The notes beneath the pieces were generated by a model that saw only the letters and a list, made by a program, of their open reading frames with translations, searched no databases and was not told the origin of the DNA. From NCBI GenBank assembly GCA_030531495.1, contig JAUNNJ010000001.1, positions 113-64,112 on the forward strand: a DNA stretch of 64,000 bases. The letters are read 5' to 3'. The DNA comes from Bacteroidales bacterium (GTDB lineage: Bacteria > Bacteroidota > Bacteroidia > Bacteroidales > Muribaculaceae). Made by a program: the position numbers and the translations under genes. Below are positions 20,037-29,163 of this stretch, piece after piece (position 1 is the stretch's first letter; the number at the start of each line of letters is the position of its first letter).

Positions 20037-20087
20037 TAATTAAATACTGCAACAATACATATTAGATAATATTTCAAAACTTTAGAT

Positions 20088-21197
20088 ATGAAGTTTCTTA
20101 AATTAATCGCCTTCGTGGTGGCTATTGCATGCACTGCTTCTGTGGCTCAGGCACAGGTGGTGAAAAAAACTTCCGAAACCGACAAGAAGAAGGCTCAATC
20201 GCAAGTGTCTTCTCGTCAGCAGGCGTTCTACGAACAGACTGAGCCAAGTGATGCCGATCTTCAATGGAAGAAGGTGGTGTATCGAGAGCTTGATCTCACA
20301 AAGGGTAAAAATGCAGCGCTCTACTATCCAGAGGAGCCGAATGAAGATGGCGAGAGCTTGTTCTTCATCATCATGCGCCATGTGGCCAATGGCGAAATCA
20401 ATGTGTATGAGTGGCTCGATGGACGTGAAATGTTTACCGAAACCTATAAATACAAGGTGAGCAGCATGCTCGACCGTTTCCACATTCTCTACGCTCATGC
20501 AAAGGGTAGCACAGAAAAGGCTCCAAAGTATGCTATTGAAAATGCCGATATCCCAGGCAGTGAAGTGCTCAGCTACTATATTATTGAAAACTGGGAATTT
20601 GATACCCGCAGCAATAAGATGCGTAGCCGTGTGGATGCTATCTGCCCAGTGCTTCACCGCGAGGATGAATTTGGAGTGGTGCAAAAATGGCCTATGTTCT
20701 GGGTGAAACTCAACGACATCCGTCCTTACATCGCTCAGCAGTTCGTGTTCACCGACAACGACAACAACTTGCTTCGCTACAACCTCGACGACTTCTTCAA
20801 ACTCAATATGTACAGCGGCGATATCTACAAGGTGAAGAACCTCCGCAACCAGACGCTGCGTATGCAATTCCCCGACGACAAGGCTTACAAGCATGCTCAA
20901 GACAGCATTGAGCGTCGTCTCCGCCAGTTCGACAAGGGACTTTGGGTGCCTTCACGCGAAGAGCTCCAGGCTCAAAAAGAAGCCAAGGAAAAAGCAGAGC
21001 GTGAAGCTGCAGGCGAGAATGTAGAAGAAGCTGCTACTGAAGACAAGAAAAAAGAGGAAAAGAAATCAACCACTAAGCGTGGCGCGAAGGAAACCAAGAA
21101 GGAAAGCAAGCCAAAGCAGACCAAGGTGAAAACGCGCGAAGCTAAGCCGAGTGGTGGTGGCGCTACGCGAAGCGTCCGCAACCGCAAGAAGTCGTAG
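20088..21197 (+). CDS. porN: T9SS PorN/GldN
   Basis: WKKVVYRELDL, NAALYYP, AICPV, PMFWV; Lys-rich tail. Confidence 0.92.
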   Translation: MKFLKLIAFVVAIACTASVAQAQVVKKTSETDKKKAQSQVSSRQQAFYEQTEPSDADLQWKKVVYRELDLTKGKNAALYYPEEPNEDGESLFFIIMRHVANGEINVYEWLDGREMFTETYKYKVSSMLDRFHILYAHAKGSTEKAPKYAIENADIPGSEVLSYYIIENWEFDTRSNKMRSRVDAICPVLHREDEFGVVQKWPMFWVKLNDIRPYIAQQFVFTDNDNNLLRYNLDDFFKLNMYSGDIYKVKNLRNQTLRMQFPDDKAYKHAQDSIERRLRQFDKGLWVPSREELQAQKEAKEKAEREAAGENVEEAATEDKKKEEKKSTTKRGAKETKKESKPKQTKVKTREAKPSGGGATRSVRNRKKS

Positions 21198-21220
21198 AAA
21201 TCCATATCATCTTTATATAC

Positions 21221-21255
21221 AAAATCCCGAGTCCCCAAAAAGACTCGGGATTTTT
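21221..21255 (+). terminator. Intrinsic terminator of the por operon (probably bidirectional)
   Basis: AAAATCCCGAGTC-loop-GACTCGGGATTTTT. Confidence 0.85.
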
Positions 21256-21438
21256 GTGTGCTCGTAATTTATACTTGGTGGTGGATATGGGCTCAGTGGA
21301 AATATAGTGGATGGTCACGAATTGAGCACCATCGAGAATTTTGAGGTGACAACTATGAGGAGGGTGCCGTTTTTTTCAAGTCACGAATTTAGCGAATTTG
21401 TCGAATTATATTTTGAATTTCTGTTCAAATCGGTTGGG

Positions 21439-22737
21439 TTAGTTTGATTTTTGTAGGCCGTATTGGAGGGTTTGCACGATGGAGCGGGTGGCGAGGAAAC
21501 CAACGTAGGCGAGCCACAGCGCGTGGTTGCCCATGGAGTGGGGGAGCAGGGCATAGGAGATGAAAAACACGGCCAATGCAATGCCTACGGCTTGCATCAT
21601 CGCGCGTGTGCGGGTGAGGCCGATAAACACGCCGTCCCACACGAAGGCTGCCATGCCAGCAATGGGCAAGATGGCACACCACCAGCGGTAGTCGAGTGCG
21701 GCAGCCACCACGGAATTATCATTGGTGAGTAGTGTGAATATCTCTTTTGGAAATATGGTGTAGAGTGCGGTGCAAATGGCAGTGAATACCGCCGCCCACC
21801 CGAAAAGGTGGATTACGCAGCTGCGCTCCGACGCCAAATCGCCTCGTCCGCAATATTTCCCCGCAATCGCTTCACCGGCAAAAGCTATGCCGTCCATGAA
21901 ATAGGAGAAGAGAATCGCCATTTGCAGAATGAGTGTGTTCACGGCAAGTGTCATGTCGCCACTTCGTGCCCCAGCGGCAGTGAAAAATAGTGCCTGGAGC
22001 ATCATGAGAGTGCTGCGGATGAAGATGTGTGAATTCACCTTGAAGAAGCGGGCAGAGCCCTCAAATCGGAATGCTTGGCTCACACTGATGGCCGAGATGT
22101 GTGCCGGATATTTGTGCTTCAGTAGCCAAATTGAGTAGGCGAGTCCAATCCACTCTGCAAGCACTGTGCCCACAATGATGCCCTTGAATCCCAAGCCCAG
22201 TGCAAACACGGCAAGCAGCGATATGAGGATGTTGAGCACATTCACGCCGATGGATATCGCCATTGGGCTCCGTGAATCTTGCATGCCCAACAGCCATCCT
22301 TTGATGCCCATCATCATCAGTGTGGGAGGAGCGCCCCACACACCTATATAAAAATAGGATAGAGCCAGTTCCCTCACCTCCTCGCTGGGCCCGATGGCAA
22401 GGAGGGTAATCCATTGCAGAGGCCACTGGAGTGCGATGATGCAGATGGAAATCAGGAAGCCGAGTGCGGTGGCGTGTTGGAGAATCTTCACGCTTTCAGT
22501 TTTGTCGTTGCGCCCAAAGGCTTGTGCGGTGAGGCCAGAAGTGCCCATTCGCAAGAAGCCGAAATTCCAGTAGATGAGGTTGAACATCATAGCCCCTACA
22601 GCCACTGCACTGATGAATGTGGCGCCGCTTCCCCCGCTCAAATGTCCGGCGACAGCGGTGTCGATTAGCCCCAATAAGGGGATTGTGACATTCGTGACGA
22701 TGGCTGGGATGGCAATATGGAATATCTCTCGATTCAT
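21439..22737 (-). CDS. MATE-family (DinF-like) efflux transporter
   Basis: IAIPAIVTNVTIPLLGLIDTA, FGFLRMGTSGLTAQAFG, SYFMDG; TAACTTTG box at 22765-22772. Confidence 0.92.
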   Translation of the reverse strand: MNREIFHIAIPAIVTNVTIPLLGLIDTAVAGHLSGGSGATFISAVAVGAMMFNLIYWNFGFLRMGTSGLTAQAFGRNDKTESVKILQHATALGFLISICIIALQWPLQWITLLAIGPSEEVRELALSYFYIGVWGAPPTLMMMGIKGWLLGMQDSRSPMAISIGVNVLNILISLLAVFALGLGFKGIIVGTVLAEWIGLAYSIWLLKHKYPAHISAISVSQAFRFEGSARFFKVNSHIFIRSTLMMLQALFFTAAGARSGDMTLAVNTLILQMAILFSYFMDGIAFAGEAIAGKYCGRGDLASERSCVIHLFGWAAVFTAICTALYTIFPKEIFTLLTNDNSVVAAALDYRWWCAILPIAGMAAFVWDGVFIGLTRTRAMMQAVGIALAVFFISYALLPHSMGNHALWLAYVGFLATRSIVQTLQYGLQKSN

Positions 22738-22969
22738 TAATTTTGCGGTGGTATGATTTTGCCACAAAGTTACTGCTTTTTTGCCTCAGAAGTTCATCCA
22801 AAAATCAAGTTTTTGTGGATAAATGGATAAAATTAGTATTTGTGGAAAAATTTTTACAACTATGTAATATATTGTAAATCAGTTGATAATATGAAATTTT
22901 GTGTAGCTATTTTGATAAGATTTAAAAATGGATTTTTTTGGATGAGAAAGTGTTTGTAATTTTGCAACG

Positions 22970-23131
22970 TGAAAATTGAAGCGGCAAAATAACTCAAGAT
23001 GCTGATGATTTTTTCCAAATTCATTCATTTGAACAACAAGGTAATATTAAAATTGAATATAAAATCCGTGTATAAATAGAAATAGCTTAGAACAAAGGCA
23101 GCTCTGTCGAGATGACAGGGCTGTTTTTTTT
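22970..23131 (+). ncRNA. Candidate ~160-nt sRNA (or 26-aa sORF mRNA, 22999-23079)
   Basis: TAATTTTG -7 box at 22957-22964, no long ORF, terminator at 23099-23131; promoter and 3' end are paralogous to those of the next gene. Confidence 0.5.
23099..23131 (+). terminator. Intrinsic terminator, copy 1
   Basis: CAGCTCTGTC-GAGAT-GACAGGGCTG + T8. Confidence 0.85.
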
Positions 23132-23424
23132 ATAGCGTTTTTTGTCCCAGAAGGAGCAAATGGGGGATACAGTATCTTGTAAGAATAGTTCAAAAAGCAC
23201 AGCCGTTTCCTGATGGCTTTCAGCCCATCTTTCCTGTGGAGAAGCGACTATACCCAAAGCGAGGAATGATGCGTTCTTGTATTTGCTATTTTATAGGAAA
23301 TTTGGGACACTAAGAGGCTTTGTGGTAGTGGAGTTTCTTCGGCTTGGTTATAATTGGATAAATTTGGAACTATCAGAAAATCAGTGAGTAAAAATTTTTG
23401 ATTAGAAGAAATGTGTGTTTGTAC

Positions 23425-23481
23425 AAAAATGGATTTTTTTGGACAAGAATACGGGGGTAATTTTGCAGCGTAAGATTTGAA
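23425..23481 (+). promoter_or_regulatory. Sigma-A-type promoter of the T9SS cargo gene, duplicate of 22924-22980
   Basis: TAATTTTG at 23458-23465; 45/57 ungapped identity to 22924-22980 (counted by hand). Confidence 0.7.
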
Positions 23482-23601
23482 ATCATCAATACAAAGAACA
23501 AGCAGCAAGCAATTTTTTCTGATGAATTCAAGGATTATATACAAAAGCATTAGGCAATTTAAATTACTATTATACTATAAGAAGTAACAAGCAATTTGAT
23601 T

Positions 23602-26556
23602 ATGAAAAAACATTTTATCCTTTTAATTTCGCTCGTAGCAGTGGCGTTGTCATCAATCACTGCAAGTGCTGATCCTGTTGTGAAGACAAGAGAATTCTTC
23701 GCTGGAAAAACTTACACCTGGACAAATGCCAATGGCGGCAAGATTACATCTTCATTGGCTGAGCCCGCAACCGATCCTCGCCAAATCATGGCGATGCTCA
23801 AATACATCTATACCGACAAGTCGATTCCTGGCATCCTCCAATGCGGCTATACTGCTACTGGTGAACGCGAAGGTGTGATTAATTATAAAGTGACAGCTAC
23901 CAGCGACCTTAACAAGTCATATGGTATTGCTGCTGGCGACTATACTCCAAATGAAGAAGGCTACACCACCCTCGCTGTAAAGGTGAAGGATTTTTGGGTG
24001 CCCTCACATTCAAAGGGTTTGACAGAAAAGGAAACGCTTGAATATATTTCAAAGTCAATTGAATCGGTGGAAGTGCTGACCGAAGGCGTCTACATTCCTG
24101 CTACCACTGCCGATGGCAAGACCAACGCTAACCCTGGCGCAGTTTACCGCCTCTCAGGCAACGCCAACCGCTTCTTCTTCATGTCGAAAGGACGTGGACG
24201 CGAATGGAGTGGCTCAGTGATTCACAACTATGCTCCTTTCAACGGTATGTTTGAAGAATATAGCCCAGTGGCAGTGAGCGGCGGCAAGCAAATCGAGAAC
24301 TTCTACGAAGACCTCGTGAATGGCTCTATTTTCAAAGTGGAACACGACTGTAGTTCTGTGACAGGTTATGACGAATACCACTTCTTCTGCATGATGGGCA
24401 AAACTGGCACCAAGCACTTCGACGTATCAGATATGATTGTTACTATTCCTGACTATCGCTTGTGGAGCTGGAAAAGCCGCGACTTGCAAGGTAGCACATC
24501 AACTCCATATACCAACTATGAGAAAAATCATGCTCCATCTTTGGGCCTCTATGGTATTCAACTGAAGGCTACTGCAACCCCTGCAGCTGGCAAAGATTAC
24601 AAGGTGACCCTTGACTGGACATCATCGCTCAACCAAATCACTGGCAACGAAATTCCTCAACGCTTCTTGGTATGGTACCGCGACGTGGATGGTAGCATCA
24701 AGCCTTTGATGGATGCTGAAGGTAAGCAAGTGACAGTGGCTCCTGGTGAAACTTTCGAGTATTCTTATCTTGAACCACAACTTCAAAACGGTCGTGAAAT
24801 CACTTATATCGTTTCTGGCCAACCAACCGACGGTATGTTCAAAGATTTCCAGGAAGTGTATTCCAACAACGATAAGGTGTTCATCCCTGGTCTTGACCTT
24901 GATGAAGGTCTTCGTCTTGAAATCGGTACCGCTTCTACAAGCGACTACGATTTGGCTAACGAAACCAACAACTACAAGAACTTCATCACCATCGCTCACA
25001 ATGTAGTGAACACCCACGTGAAGTACAACAACCTCCAGGGAGGTTCAAAACTCACATTCTATCGCTACGATGTGAACCACAACGTAAGCGAAGCAACCAA
25101 GATTGCTGAACTCTCCATCAACAGTGTGGGTAGTCATACAGAAGGTAGTAAGAAGAAAACGACGTATTACATTGACTATAATTACAGTGTGAAATGGTAC
25201 AATCAGGAAGGCTCAAAGCAAGATGTCGTTGATGCTACATACTCATACAAGACAAATTCAAGCTACACTGCTGATGAAGAAGTGGATTTCAAGAACTTCC
25301 AGATTGAATCGTTCAACGATGAGTTCAGCGCTTCTACTGCAAAGAACGAACATCCTGAAAGCTACGAATACAAGGCTTCATTTACTGGCCTTGAAGGAGA
25401 GAAGAAAGAACTTCACAGCTCATTCAGCCTTATCAAGGTTTACAAGACAGAAGTAAATCTCACCGACAATGCAGTGACTCTCGCAGATGTTGAAAACGAC
25501 AATGTGCTCTCTGAACGCATCAACGACGGCAAACTCGATGCAAGTCCTGCTATCCAGTTCTCACTCGAGCAAGACCGCATGATTGCTGAATACGACTTGA
25601 ATAAGGTGATTAATCAGGCTTCTGAAAAAGTTAACGAAATCGGTATGGCACAACGCCTCCCAAGCTGGAACTATGCGGTGTATGAGAACGGCTCATTCAA
25701 GAAGAATGTGAAATACACCGAAAAGCCTCAAATCCTCGATGCATCTTTGAAGGATGGTGACAATTCTTACGTGCCTGTGATTAATACTTACCGCAACGCA
25801 ATCGACGGTACTTACAACACCTATGGCGCACCTCTCTCAACCACCTATCGCATCAGAGCTAATGTGACAGAAGAGGATAAGATGATGAGTAAATACACCT
25901 TCCAGGATGCCAATGGCAAGATGGGCCGCTATTATCAAACCGTGTTGAACATCGCTGCTGAAGGCGTCAACGCCGACAAAGTTGTGAAGTACCGCGTATG
26001 GCGCGTGGTTGGTGGCAATCGTGCAATGGAAGTGAATCCCGACTATATGGCTCGCCTCGATGAAGACGCTCACCCAATTGTGATTAACTCAGAAGAAGGT
26101 ATGCCAGCCATCGACGAAGAGCGCAACAGCTTGAAGGAATTCTCGGTAAATGGAATCTTGAATCCAGAGTTCTTGCCACAACACGTTGACGATAAAACCA
26201 TCCACGTGACCGACATCTTCGGTGCGAGTGATGTGGAAAACGATGACGACCTCGATGTGACCTATATCGTACGCATCTATGCAAAGCCTGAAAAAACAGC
26301 TGTCAAGAACGACACTCGTATGAAGGCTCCTGTATTGGCAAAGGAATATTACATTGCTGAAGCTGTAATCACCGTAAACTTCACAGAGAATACTCCAACC
26401 GGAATCGACGACATCGTTCAAGACACCAAGATTCCTGCAAAGATTGAATACGTGAACATGTACGGCCAGAAGTCGGTAGTTCCATTCAGCGGAATGAACG
26501 TAGTGGTAACCACTTACACCGACGGCACTCACAGCACAGTGAAGCGTACATTCTAA
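23602..26556 (+). CDS. Large secreted protein of unknown function with T9SS C-terminal sorting domain
   Basis: Signal peptide MKKHFILLISLVAVALSSITASA; C-term TGIDDI...YVNMYGQ...GMNVVVTTYTDG...K. Confidence 0.8.
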   Translation: MKKHFILLISLVAVALSSITASADPVVKTREFFAGKTYTWTNANGGKITSSLAEPATDPRQIMAMLKYIYTDKSIPGILQCGYTATGEREGVINYKVTATSDLNKSYGIAAGDYTPNEEGYTTLAVKVKDFWVPSHSKGLTEKETLEYISKSIESVEVLTEGVYIPATTADGKTNANPGAVYRLSGNANRFFFMSKGRGREWSGSVIHNYAPFNGMFEEYSPVAVSGGKQIENFYEDLVNGSIFKVEHDCSSVTGYDEYHFFCMMGKTGTKHFDVSDMIVTIPDYRLWSWKSRDLQGSTSTPYTNYEKNHAPSLGLYGIQLKATATPAAGKDYKVTLDWTSSLNQITGNEIPQRFLVWYRDVDGSIKPLMDAEGKQVTVAPGETFEYSYLEPQLQNGREITYIVSGQPTDGMFKDFQEVYSNNDKVFIPGLDLDEGLRLEIGTASTSDYDLANETNNYKNFITIAHNVVNTHVKYNNLQGGSKLTFYRYDVNHNVSEATKIAELSINSVGSHTEGSKKKTTYYIDYNYSVKWYNQEGSKQDVVDATYSYKTNSSYTADEEVDFKNFQIESFNDEFSASTAKNEHPESYEYKASFTGLEGEKKELHSSFSLIKVYKTEVNLTDNAVTLADVENDNVLSERINDGKLDASPAIQFSLEQDRMIAEYDLNKVINQASEKVNEIGMAQRLPSWNYAVYENGSFKKNVKYTEKPQILDASLKDGDNSYVPVINTYRNAIDGTYNTYGAPLSTTYRIRANVTEEDKMMSKYTFQDANGKMGRYYQTVLNIAAEGVNADKVVKYRVWRVVGGNRAMEVNPDYMARLDEDAHPIVINSEEGMPAIDEERNSLKEFSVNGILNPEFLPQHVDDKTIHVTDIFGASDVENDDDLDVTYIVRIYAKPEKTAVKNDTRMKAPVLAKEYYIAEAVITVNFTENTPTGIDDIVQDTKIPAKIEYVNMYGQKSVVPFSGMNVVVTTYTDGTHSTVKRTF

Positions 26557-26616
26557 CGCGAATCAAACAATAATATCCGTATATAAATAGAAATAGCTTG
26601 TTAATTTTAAGGTAAA

Positions 26617-26651
26617 CGGCTCTGTCGAGATGACAGGGCTGTTTTCTTTTT
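26617..26651 (+). terminator. Intrinsic terminator, copy 2
   Basis: CGGCTCTGTC-GAGAT-GACAGGGCTG-TTTTCTTTTT; 24/25 identical to 23099-23123. Confidence 0.85.
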
Positions 26652-26801
26652 CGCTGCTTGATGGCGAGGGTGTTGAGAACCAAAAACAGGGCTCTTTTCC
26701 GTCTTTCTACCAGAATGAACGAACAATGGACCACCACCGGAATTGCCTATGTGACGAAAATTGTATAATTTTGCGCCTAAAATCAAGATATTAGTAGGTA
26801 G

Positions 26802-27785
26802 ATGAAAATTGGAAAAATCGACTTGGGAGAGCGTCCAGTGATGCTGGCGCCAATGGAGGATGTGACCGACCTCTCGTTTCGCCAGATATGTCGCGAACAA
26901 GGGGCCGATATGGTGTACACTGAATTTGTCTCGGCAGACGCACTCATCCGCAACATCCAGGCCACGCTGCGCAAACTCAACATTTCTCAGGCTGAACGCC
27001 CTGCAGCCATCCAAATCTATGGCCGCGAAGTGGCTCCGATGGTGGAAGCCGCAAAGATGTGTGCAGAGGTGCATCCCGATGTCATCGACCTGAATTTCGG
27101 TTGCCCGGTGAAAAAGGTGGCAGGCAAAGGTGCAGGCTCAGGCTTGCTCCGCAATGTGCCGCTCATGTGCGAAATCACCCGTGCGGTGGTTGATGCCGTG
27201 GATATTCCGGTCACTGCCAAGACCCGCCTCGGCTGGGATTGCAATTCGAAGTACATCGTGGAGGTGGCAGAGCAACTGCAAGACTGCGGTATACAGGCGC
27301 TCACCATCCATGGCCGCACACGAAGCCAAATGTACACTGGCGAGGCCGACTGGACACTCATTGGCGAGGTGAAAAACAATCCACGCATGCACATCCCCAT
27401 CATCGGCAACGGCGACATCACCACACCGCAAAAACTCAAGGAATACTACGACCGCTACGGCGTGGACGGCATTATGGTGGGTCGTGCTTCGATTGGCGCA
27501 CCTTGGATTTTCAAGGAAATGAAGCAGTATATGCTCACCGGCGAGGTGCCACACATTCCCAACAAGGAGAAGATGGCGCTGCTTCGTCGCCAGATTGATG
27601 AGAGCATCAACCGCATTGATGAATTCCGTGGCATTCTCCACATCCGTAGGCACTTGGCGGCCACACCGCTGTTTAAGGGCATCTACAACTTCCGCGAAAC
27701 GCGTATCAAGATGCTGCAGGCGCGCACTTTCGCAGAGTTAAATGAAATATTAAATTATATAGAAGCCACCTATTTAGGTGAGTGA
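26802..27785 (+). CDS. dusB: tRNA-dihydrouridine synthase B
   Basis: LAPMEDVTD, DLNFGCP, TIHGRT, IGNGDI, MVGR. Confidence 0.95.
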   Translation: MKIGKIDLGERPVMLAPMEDVTDLSFRQICREQGADMVYTEFVSADALIRNIQATLRKLNISQAERPAAIQIYGREVAPMVEAAKMCAEVHPDVIDLNFGCPVKKVAGKGAGSGLLRNVPLMCEITRAVVDAVDIPVTAKTRLGWDCNSKYIVEVAEQLQDCGIQALTIHGRTRSQMYTGEADWTLIGEVKNNPRMHIPIIGNGDITTPQKLKEYYDRYGVDGIMVGRASIGAPWIFKEMKQYMLTGEVPHIPNKEKMALLRRQIDESINRIDEFRGILHIRRHLAATPLFKGIYNFRETRIKMLQARTFAELNEILNYIEATYLGE

Positions 27786-27806
27786 AACAAATAAAGACCT
27801 AATAAT

Positions 27807-28541
27807 ATGGAAAAAATGAAAAAACAAGCGTTGCTACTGTTGCTGTGTATGGTTTGCTCTGCAGTAGTGGCTTTTGCTCAAGAAGTGAAGCATATTGAAG
27901 TGAATGTTGGCGATTTCACTACACTTTCGGTGGAAAACAACATTAATGTGGTGTACTGCGCTGATGATAAGAAGGCGGGCATGGCAGAGTTTGACGCTCC
28001 TCAAAGTGTGGCTGACATGTTCATCTTCAAAAACAACAAAAAGGGAAAACTGAGCATTCAGCTCACCGACTACAATTTCACTTCGGGTGTGCCTACTGTG
28101 GTGGTGTATTCACGAATGCTTCAAATGGTGGTGAACCAAAGCGACAGCACCATCACTATCAAAAATAATTTAGTGATGCCTAAGTTTACCGCGAAAACAT
28201 CCTACAATGGTGTGGTGAACATACGTGGCTTGAAAGCTACGACTGCGGTTCTGGAAGTGGCAACAGGCAAGGGACGAATTAATGCCGACGGTGAAGTGGA
28301 AAACTTGAGGTGTAAATTTGCCGGCACCGGTCAAATCCGAGCTCTTGAATTGAAGGCTAAAGACATCAATTGCTCAATGGGAGGCTCGGGGCACATCTAT
28401 TGCAATAGCACTGGCGGGAAGCTGCATCTGAAAGGCGTAGGCAGTGGCAAGGTACACTACATCGGCACTCCTTCCGAAATTAAAGTGAAGCAACTGGGCA
28501 CCTTAAAGGCGCTCCCATTCGACGGCACTTTCGCCCCCTGA
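27807..28541 (+). CDS. Secreted GIN-domain (DUF2807-like) protein
   Basis: Signal peptide, VGDFTTLSV, repeated GxGxI beta-solenoid motifs, YIGTP. Confidence 0.75.
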   Translation: MEKMKKQALLLLLCMVCSAVVAFAQEVKHIEVNVGDFTTLSVENNINVVYCADDKKAGMAEFDAPQSVADMFIFKNNKKGKLSIQLTDYNFTSGVPTVVVYSRMLQMVVNQSDSTITIKNNLVMPKFTAKTSYNGVVNIRGLKATTAVLEVATGKGRINADGEVENLRCKFAGTGQIRALELKAKDINCSMGGSGHIYCNSTGGKLHLKGVGSGKVHYIGTPSEIKVKQLGTLKALPFDGTFAP

Positions 28542-28568
28542 TTCACATCTTTTAGTGTGCGATACACG

Positions 28569-28938
28569 ATACATCAAAGCGGTTCTTTTGATGTAAAGTG
28601 TGGTTTACCTGTTGATTTATAGGTGATTTTGAAAAAACCTTATTGGCATTGTGCGCCGGTGAAAGATGTCTTATCTTCGCACCATAGTTTTTGGGTATGT
28701 TTTATGCCTCTCGTAGGGTGTTTCACTTGCATCACGGAAACTGTCGCGATTTCCGATTTTGACCAAAAAATAGGCGGTTTTTGGTCCAAAAGCGAAATGT
28801 AAATGGGTGTTTCAGGTGTTTCAAGTGTTTCGGGTGTTTCTGAGTTTTCCTAATTTAGGTTGACTTGATTTGACCTTATTTCTATACATCAAAGGGACGG
28901 TTGATGTAATCTATTGTTTACTTATTGATTTATAGGTG
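28569..28938. repeat. Two ~56-bp direct repeats (28569-28625, 28884-28938) with an internal palindrome, enclosing a 9-bp tandem array at 28806-28850
   Basis: ATACATCAAA..TTGATGTAA-N6-GTTTAC-N3-TTGATTTATAGGTG twice; RGTGTTTCN x4 plus one degenerate unit. Confidence 0.75.
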
Positions 28939-29163
28939 GTTGGCAAAATGTGAATTTGCCAAAATTTTGCATGTTTGTCGCCTTTCCTCTCGAAGACTCA
29001 TAGGCTTGAAATAATCCCATATTGTTCGTTCTGGCTTGGAGAAATTTCGGAATGTGACTTGGTGGCATAAAAAAGCAAGTACACTTTTGGAATATTTGGC
29101 AATATGCAGTAAATTTGCATTACCGAATCTATATTGAACAACACAAATTAAAATTTTACAGTT

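Noticed and set aside
21314-21410. GTCACGAATT twice and CGAATT 9-bp tandem units
   Set aside because: Short and degenerate; no supportable function
23142-23309. TGTCCCA/TGGGACA inverted pair as MITE ends
   Set aside because: Only 7 bp and no target duplication; compatible with chance
23248-23550. 100-aa minus-strand ORF
   Set aside because: Overlaps the cargo-gene promoter and leader in antisense; no protein-like features
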